Positions 8,278-13,533 of a stretch of 13,533 nucleotides of DNA are shown here, in pieces. The notes beneath the pieces are model-generated. The model did not search any database. It was not told the DNA's origin and saw nothing but the letters and a program-made list of their open reading frames with translations. The number at the start of each line of letters is the position of its first letter. Within the stretch, counting starts at the first letter, position 1. Made by a program: the position numbers and the translations under genes. Source of the DNA: Desulfurella sp. (lineage in GTDB: Bacteria > Campylobacterota_A > Desulfurellia > Desulfurellales > Desulfurellaceae); NCBI GenBank assembly GCA_031960885.1, contig JAVRLY010000009.1, forward strand, positions 1 through 13,533, in the 5' to 3' direction.

Positions 8278-8895
8278 GTGGAAAAACTTGAATTTTTTAA
8301 AAAAGAGGTAGTGAGTATTTATTTAATAAGACACCCAGAGGTTGAAAATGCTTATTTAAAGGTATTTAATGGCTCTGTAGATGTGGATTTGTCCAAGTAC
8401 GGACTAAAACAAGCAGCAATGTTGAGCGAGTTTTTTAAAAACAAAGACATTAAAAAGATATATTCAAGCCCGCTAAAAAGATGCTATAAAACAGCAGAAA
8501 TAATTAAAGAGGCTACAAAAGCTGAACTGATAGTTGATCATAGATTAAAAGAAAGAAAATTTGGTATTTTTGAATCTCTTAGTTGGGAACAAATCTTAAA
8601 ACAATATCCAACTGAAGCGTCTAACTTTTTGAAAGATCCATTTAATTTTAGAATAAAAAACGGTGAGAGTTTTTTTGATGTCTATGTTAGGGCGAAAAGT
8701 TTCTTAGAAGAGTTGGATTTGACTGAGAATATTTTAATTGTAGCTCATGGCGGCGTTAATCGAGTTATTATCAAACATTTCATGTGTTTAAAAGATGAAA
8801 AGGTGTTATCGATATCGCAAGACTTTGCTTGTATAAATCATTTTTTAACAGATGGCAATTTCTTTTTGGCTAAATTAATAAATGGTGTAATATGA
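8278..8895 (+). CDS. Histidine phosphatase superfamily protein (CobC/GpmB/PspA-like), substrate unknown (205 aa, GTG start; alternative GTG at 8311)
   Basis: IYLIRHPE (variant of the RHG motif), D..LS..G..QA, YSSPLKRC, RLKERKFG, NGESF and LIVAHGGVNR. Confidence 0.88.
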   Translation: MEKLEFFKKEVVSIYLIRHPEVENAYLKVFNGSVDVDLSKYGLKQAAMLSEFFKNKDIKKIYSSPLKRCYKTAEIIKEATKAELIVDHRLKERKFGIFESLSWEQILKQYPTEASNFLKDPFNFRIKNGESFFDVYVRAKSFLEELDLTENILIVAHGGVNRVIIKHFMCLKDEKVLSISQDFACINHFLTDGNFFLAKLINGVI

Positions 8896-9641
8896 TAGGT
8901 GTTTTCGATTCTGGTGTTGGTGGGTTAACAGTTATAAAGCCATTAATAGAAAAGTTTAACAGTGATATTATTTATTTGGGTGATACTGCTAGAGTGCCTT
9001 ATGGCAATAAATCTAAGCAGACTATAATAAAGTACTCTGTAGAAAATACACGATTTTTGCTGAAAAAAAATGTTGATTTTATTATAGTTGCATGCAATAC
9101 TGCATCTAGTTTAGCCATTGATGATTTGCGTTTAAAGTTTAATGTGCCTATTTTTGGTGTTGTTGAATCTACATCTAAAATTGCTGCCAAGTATAAAAAG
9201 ATTGCAGTAATAGGTACGCGCGCAACCATTGAAAGCAATGCTTATGAAAAAAACATAAAACGCTTTAACCCGCATGCACAAGTGATTCAAAAGGCATGCC
9301 CTCTCTTTGTGCCGTTAATAGAAGAAGGTATGATTAATGACGAAATAACGTATATGGTAGCCAAGAGGTATCTGAAAGATTTAAATGCTGAAGCGTTAGT
9401 TTTGGGTTGCACGCATTATCCATTGATAAAAGAGGTTATAAGATCAATATTGCCAAATATTGAAATTATAGATTCGGGTACATCGCTTATTAATACAATT
9501 GATAATGATTTGCTAAAAGGCTCTGGAAAGTTAGAATTTTACGCAACGGATTCCCCCCATACATTTTCAAAGATAGGTAAGCTTTTTTTGGGTGAAGATT
9601 TTAATGGTGTAAAACTAGTAAATTTAGAGGAATTTTTATGA
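8892..9641 (+). CDS. murI: Glutamate racemase MurI (249 aa)
   Basis: IGVFDSGVGG and DTARVPYG, plus both catalytic cysteines (VACNTA and LGCTHYP). ATGA overlap with the upstream gene. Confidence 0.97.
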   Translation: MIGVFDSGVGGLTVIKPLIEKFNSDIIYLGDTARVPYGNKSKQTIIKYSVENTRFLLKKNVDFIIVACNTASSLAIDDLRLKFNVPIFGVVESTSKIAAKYKKIAVIGTRATIESNAYEKNIKRFNPHAQVIQKACPLFVPLIEEGMINDEITYMVAKRYLKDLNAEALVLGCTHYPLIKEVIRSILPNIEIIDSGTSLINTIDNDLLKGSGKLEFYATDSPHTFSKIGKLFLGEDFNGVKLVNLEEFL

Positions 9642-10252
9642 TAGCGGTAATTGACTATGATGCAGGCAATGTTAGAAGCGTTATAAAGGCTATAGAGAAA
9701 GTTGGCTTTAGTGCAGTTTTGACAAAAGATAGCCAAATAATAAAAAAAGCTGGTGGCGTCATTTTGCCTGGAGTTGGAGCGTTTGGCGATTGTCTAGATA
9801 AACTTAAAAAATATGATTTAATTGATAGTATATATTCGGCAATAGATAGCTCAAAACCATTTTTAGGTATTTGTGTAGGTTTTCAATTATTGTATGAGTA
9901 TGGCTATGAGTTTGGCAAACACAAAGGTTTGGGTATTTTTAAAGGTGATGTAGTGAAGTTTATACCACAAAAAGGCTTCAAAGTTCCGCATATGGGTTGG
10001 AATACAGTTGAGTTTGTAAAAGATTGCGATATATTCAATACCATTGAATCAAATTCGTATTTTTATTTTGTTCATTCATACTATACTGATTCTGATGATT
10101 GCGCAGTGTCAAAAACGCAATATATTTGCACGTTTACAAGCGCTGCTAATAAAGAAAATGTTTTTGGAGTTCAATTTCATCCAGAAAAAAGCCAAACATT
10201 GGGCTTAAAGATTTATGAAAATTTTTGCAAGTTGTGTGAGAAAAAATGTTAG
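9638..10252 (+). CDS. hisH: Imidazole glycerol phosphate synthase glutaminase subunit HisH (204 aa)
   Basis: IDYDAGN, LPGVGAF, nucleophile GICVG, VPHMGWN, YFVHSYY and QFHPEKS (class I glutamine amidotransferase Cys-His-Glu triad). Confidence 0.97.
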   Translation: MIAVIDYDAGNVRSVIKAIEKVGFSAVLTKDSQIIKKAGGVILPGVGAFGDCLDKLKKYDLIDSIYSAIDSSKPFLGICVGFQLLYEYGYEFGKHKGLGIFKGDVVKFIPQKGFKVPHMGWNTVEFVKDCDIFNTIESNSYFYFVHSYYTDSDDCAVSKTQYICTFTSAANKENVFGVQFHPEKSQTLGLKIYENFCKLCEKKC

Positions 10253-10965
10253 TTGTTCCAGCTATTGATTTAATGGGCGGCAAAATTGTAAGGCTATACA
10301 AAGGCGATATTAAAGAAGCCACCTACTATCCATTTGAGCCTCTTAAAAAAGCAAAGGAATTTGAAGATTTAGGCTTTAAAAGGTTGCATATTGTAGACTT
10401 AGATGCTGCTTTTGGCAAAGGAAGTAATATCGATACAATAAAAGAGATTGCAAGGCATACAACGCTTGAATGCGAAGTTGGCGGTGGTGTTAGAAATTAT
10501 GAAATTGCTACGTTAATGTTAGATATAGGTGTTAAAAGATTAGTTATTGGGAGTTTGCCATTTAAAGATAAAGCTCAATTTGAGAAAATTGTTAGCTCAT
10601 ACCAGAACAATATCGTAATAGGTGTTGATGTAAAGGATAATATAGTCCAAATTTCTGGTTGGGTAGAATCCGCAAATGTTGATATTATAAGTTTTTTGAG
10701 TCAAATGAAATCGTTTGGTATTACTGAAGCTATAGTCACAGACATATCAAAAGACGGTACACTTGCTGGTATTGATGAAAAATTTTACGAATATATAGCT
10801 TCTAAAAGCGAGTTAAATATTGCGGCCTCAGGCGGCGTTAAAAGTATTGATGATATTATAAGACTAAAAAAAGCAGGTGTGCGCAATTTAGTAGCGGTTA
10901 TTGTGGGAAAGGCTATTTATGAGAAAACGCTTGATTTAAGCCTTATCAAAGGGGGCAGTATATGA
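10246..10965 (+). CDS. hisA: ProFAR isomerase HisA (239 aa)
   Basis: PAIDL..GK.VRL, LHIVDLDAA, VGGGVR, SGW, TDISKDGTL.G, ASGGV and VGKAIYE. Follows hisH. Confidence 0.96.
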   Translation: MLVVPAIDLMGGKIVRLYKGDIKEATYYPFEPLKKAKEFEDLGFKRLHIVDLDAAFGKGSNIDTIKEIARHTTLECEVGGGVRNYEIATLMLDIGVKRLVIGSLPFKDKAQFEKIVSSYQNNIVIGVDVKDNIVQISGWVESANVDIISFLSQMKSFGITEAIVTDISKDGTLAGIDEKFYEYIASKSELNIAASGGVKSIDDIIRLKKAGVRNLVAVIVGKAIYEKTLDLSLIKGGSI

Positions 10966-11783
10966 AAGTATTGACTATAGTTGAAAATACATCAACAGGA
11001 GGGAAATTAAGAGCTGAGCATGGTTTGAGCGTTCTTATAGAAAACAAGGGTCAGTACGTGCTTTTTGATACAGGTCAAACAAATGCTATTATAGACAATG
11101 CTGTTTACTTGGGCGTGGATTTAAAAAAGATTAATTTCATCGTATTAAGTCATGGCCATTACGACCATGCAGGTGGGTTAAAATATGTATTAGAACAAGT
11201 AAATGCCCCTATTTTTTCACACCCAGAAATTTTTAGAAAACGCTATTCTAAGAAGGATAATAATTTTAGATATATTGGGATTGAAACAGAGGAGTTTTTT
11301 AAAAATTTAAATGCAAATTTTAATTTTCATGAAGGACCCATAGAGGTTGCAAGCGATATATTCACAACTGGCTATGTTGAGCTTAAAACGGAGTTTGAGG
11401 AAGTAGACAAGGATTTTGTTTATGAAAAAGACGGCAAATATATAAAAGATGATGTACCAGATGATTTGAGTTTGGTTTTAAATTTGAAAAGAGGGTTATT
11501 TATTGTCTTTGGATGTGCTCACAGGGGTATAATTAATATAATCAACCATTGTGAGAGCGTATTTGGCAAGAAAGTTATAGGTTTTATTGGCGGAACGCAT
11601 TTGGGACCAGCAAGCCCAAACCAAAAAGAAAAAACTATTGAAGCATTAAAAAGAGTGCCTCAGATTGATATTATTGGACCATCTCATTGTACTGGCATTA
11701 AAATGACGTGTAGGCTTTCGTGTGAATTTGGCTCAAAGGTATTTTATAACAATGTAGGAAGTTACTTGGAACTTGGAGAATAA
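10962..11783 (+). CDS. MBL-fold metallo-hydrolase of the MJ0301-like (COG1237-type) group, function unknown (273 aa)
   Basis: [16 protein letters not shown], HxHxDH motif ([11 protein letters not shown], 11151-11168), GCAHRGI.NI, IGGTHL and PSHCTG. No signal peptide is apparent. Confidence 0.9.
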   Translation: MKVLTIVENTSTGGKLRAEHGLSVLIENKGQYVLFDTGQTNAIIDNAVYLGVDLKKINFIVLSHGHYDHAGGLKYVLEQVNAPIFSHPEIFRKRYSKKDNNFRYIGIETEEFFKNLNANFNFHEGPIEVASDIFTTGYVELKTEFEEVDKDFVYEKDGKYIKDDVPDDLSLVLNLKRGLFIVFGCAHRGIINIINHCESVFGKKVIGFIGGTHLGPASPNQKEKTIEALKRVPQIDIIGPSHCTGIKMTCRLSCEFGSKVFYNNVGSYLELGE

Positions 11784-11784
11784 C

Positions 11785-12537
11785 ATGCTTGCAAAACGTA
11801 TTATTCCTTGCTTGGATGTAAAAGAAGGTAGAGTTGTAAAGGGCATAAACTTTGTAAATTTAAAAGATGCAGGCGATCCTGTTGAACAGGCAATAATTTA
11901 CGACAAAGCCCTAGCTGATGAGCTAGTTTTTTTAGATATTACTGCAAGTTTTGAGAAACGTTCCATTATGATAGATGTCGTTAAGAGATGCGCTGAAAAT
12001 GTCTTTATGCCATTGACTGTGGGAGGTGGCATAAGAAGCATCGATGATATTAGAAATCTTTTAAAAGCGGGTGCCGATAAAGTATCAATAAATACGAGTG
12101 CCGTGAAAAACCCACATTTTGTAGATGAAGCGGTGAAAATATTTGGCAGTCAATGCATAGTTGTAGCAATCGATGCTAAAAAAGTAGATGATGATTTTGA
12201 AGTTTTTATAGAAGGCGGCAGAAAACCAACTGGCAAAAAAGTTTTGCAATGGGCAAAAGAAGTAGAAGATAGGGGTGCAGGAGAAATATTGCTTACCAGC
12301 ATGGACAAGGATGGCACAAAAGATGGGTATGATTTGGAGTTGACTTATCAAGTGTGTCAAAGTGTAAACATTCCGGTTATAGCATCTGGGGGTGCAGGTA
12401 GTGTTGAACATATGAGAGAAGTTTTGGAAATTGGAGCTGATGCTGCGCTTGCTGCTTCAATTTTTCATTATGGTGAGATTTCGGTTATAGAAGCAAAAAA
12501 ATATCTTTCAGCACACAATATAATAGTGCGTTTGTAA
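11785..12537 (+). CDS. hisF: Imidazole glycerol phosphate synthase cyclase subunit HisF (250 aa)
   Basis: [52 protein letters not shown] and AASIFH. Start reassigned from TTG 11773 to ATG 11785, with GGAG SD at 11775-11778. Confidence 0.98.
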   Translation: MLAKRIIPCLDVKEGRVVKGINFVNLKDAGDPVEQAIIYDKALADELVFLDITASFEKRSIMIDVVKRCAENVFMPLTVGGGIRSIDDIRNLLKAGADKVSINTSAVKNPHFVDEAVKIFGSQCIVVAIDAKKVDDDFEVFIEGGRKPTGKKVLQWAKEVEDRGAGEILLTSMDKDGTKDGYDLELTYQVCQSVNIPVIASGGAGSVEHMREVLEIGADAALAASIFHYGEISVIEAKKYLSAHNIIVRL

Positions 12538-12538
12538 G

Positions 12539-13533
12539 TTGAGTTATTTCTTTATTGCATTAACTATTTATAGTTTATTCCATATATATTTTTTCTATAT
12601 ATTTAGTGGTATAACAAGCAACCTGTATTTAAAGATCATTTTATCAATATTTTTAATCTTTATGTATTTTTCGCTTTTTATCGCTCGATATCTAGAGATA
12701 GTAAAGCCAGCTATAGCAAGCATCATATTGTATATTAGTTTCTTATGGATGGGTTTTTTAATACTGTTTGTAACATTTTCTGTGATTTTGTTAATTTTTG
12801 GTATTATTCTGAAGTTAAGTTTATATATAAATATTTTAATTTCAACGCTTTTAACTATATGCTTAATGGTTTATGGTTATATAAATGCTCAAACAATACA
12901 TATAAAGGAAATCAATATATATTCAGAAAAAATACACTTTAGTAATCGTATAGTTTTCTTTAGCGATTTACATGCTGGTTTGATTAATAAAAGGAATTAC
13001 GTTGAAAAAGTTGTAAACATGATTAATAGTGCTAAAGCTCAAATAATCTTGGCCGGTGGCGATATAATTGACTCTCAAATGGATGGAATTAATAAAAACA
13101 TTGAGCCTTTGTCTAAACTTAATGCAAAATATAAGTTTGCTATTATTGGAAATCATGAAGTTTATAGGGGTGTAAATTTTAGTATCGAACATCTAAATAA
13201 GGTGGGTTTTGTTGTTCTCAAGAATTCTTGTGTAAATCTTGACGGTGTATCTATAGTTGGAATAGATGATGAAGCAGCATCTAGATTAAATAAGGCTGAT
13301 TTTAACCAAATACTATCTTCTTGTTCACATAAAAATTTCATTATTTTACTAAAACACAGGCCATTGATATCAGATTCATTGTATGGTGATTTAATATTGT
13401 CAGGACACACGCATGCGGGCCAAATGTTTCCTTTTACGCTAATAACTAAACTGTTTTATCGTGGCAAAGATTATGGTTTGTTTGATATGGGTAAATGTCA
13501 ATTATTAGTAAGTTCTGGTTGTGGCACTTGGGG
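12539..13533 (+). CDS. Membrane-anchored calcineurin-like metallophosphoesterase, YkuE/YaeI family; truncated by the window end
   Basis: Manual translation: open frame from TTG 12539 (in-frame TAG at 12524 upstream) to the window end, 331 codons with no stop. About 115 hydrophobic N-terminal residues (around 4 TM helices) precede SDLH (12962-12973), GGDIID, GNHE (13148-13159), LLKHRP, SGHTHAGQ (GHTH at 13403-13414) and VSSGCGTWG. Not in the ORF track. Confidence 0.92.
   Translation, partial: MSYFFIALTIYSLFHIYFFYIFSGITSNLYLKIILSIFLIFMYFSLFIARYLEIVKPAIASIILYISFLWMGFLILFVTFSVILLIFGIILKLSLYINILISTLLTICLMVYGYINAQTIHIKEINIYSEKIHFSNRIVFFSDLHAGLINKRNYVEKVVNMINSAKAQIILAGGDIIDSQMDGINKNIEPLSKLNAKYKFAIIGNHEVYRGVNFSIEHLNKVGFVVLKNSCVNLDGVSIVGIDDEAASRLNKADFNQILSSCSHKNFIILLKHRPLISDSLYGDLILSGHTHAGQMFPFTLITKLFYRGKDYGLFDMGKCQLLVSSGCGTW

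Noticed and set aside
2337..9736. Short minus-strand ORFs (62-93 aa) antisense to murE, murF, mraY, murD, ftsW, murI and hisH
   Set aside because: These are shadow ORFs opposite conserved essential genes, with no motifs or regulatory signals.
10962..11783. MBL-fold gene as a beta-lactamase protecting the nearby PBP, or as a methanopterin-pathway enzyme
   Set aside because: It has no signal peptide and its motifs match a cytoplasmic non-lactamase subfamily. No methanopterin genes are in the window, so that family label is unsupported here.
11773..11784. TTG start of HisF in the ORF track
   Set aside because: ATG 11785 gives the canonical [12 protein letters not shown]-terminus, and the GGAG SD lies within this stretch.
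12539..12900. Very AT-rich stretch that looks non-coding or horizontally acquired
   Set aside because: It is an open frame encoding Phe/Ile/Leu/Tyr-rich TM helices. Codon composition explains the low GC, and there are no mobility signatures.
12085..13410. Minus-strand ORFs 12085-12411, 12968-13192 and 13162-13410, and plus-strand ORF 12745-12942
   Set aside because: They are all shadows of hisF or of the metallophosphoesterase frame (12539 to the end), which the track omitted, presumably because it has no stop in the window.
1..13533. CRISPR arrays, tRNA/rRNA/ncRNA genes, IS elements, his attenuator, or recoding events
   Set aside because: There is no non-coding space for them. I saw no direct-repeat arrays, His-codon leader peptide, internal stops or frameshifts in any gene by eye.

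Overview
This is an AT-rich (roughly 30% GC by eye) bacterial core-genome window in which every supported gene is on the + strand and coding density is near total: about 42 non-coding nt, 36 of them in one gap. The left half is a division/cell-wall (dcw) cluster, 'rsmH-ftsL-ftsI-murE-murF-mraY-murD-ftsW, which stops at ftsW with no murG or murC following. After a 36-nt gap containing a sigma70-like promoter comes a mixed block: histidine-phosphatase-family gene, murI, hisH, hisA, MBL-fold metallohydrolase, hisF, and a membrane-anchored YkuE/YaeI-type metallophosphoesterase that runs off the window end. The ORF track misses both edge genes. Composition and gene style are compatible with a low-GC Gram-negative anaerobe such as a Desulfurellales-like organism; this is inference only. 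I found no mobile elements, CRISPR arrays, RNA genes or pseudogenes. I cannot support a clearly new biological system here. The best leads are modest: three unassigned hydrolases of different folds packed tightly among murI and the his genes, the dcw break after ftsW, a possibly leaderless internal transcript, and a CPGC motif in the MraY periplasmic loop.
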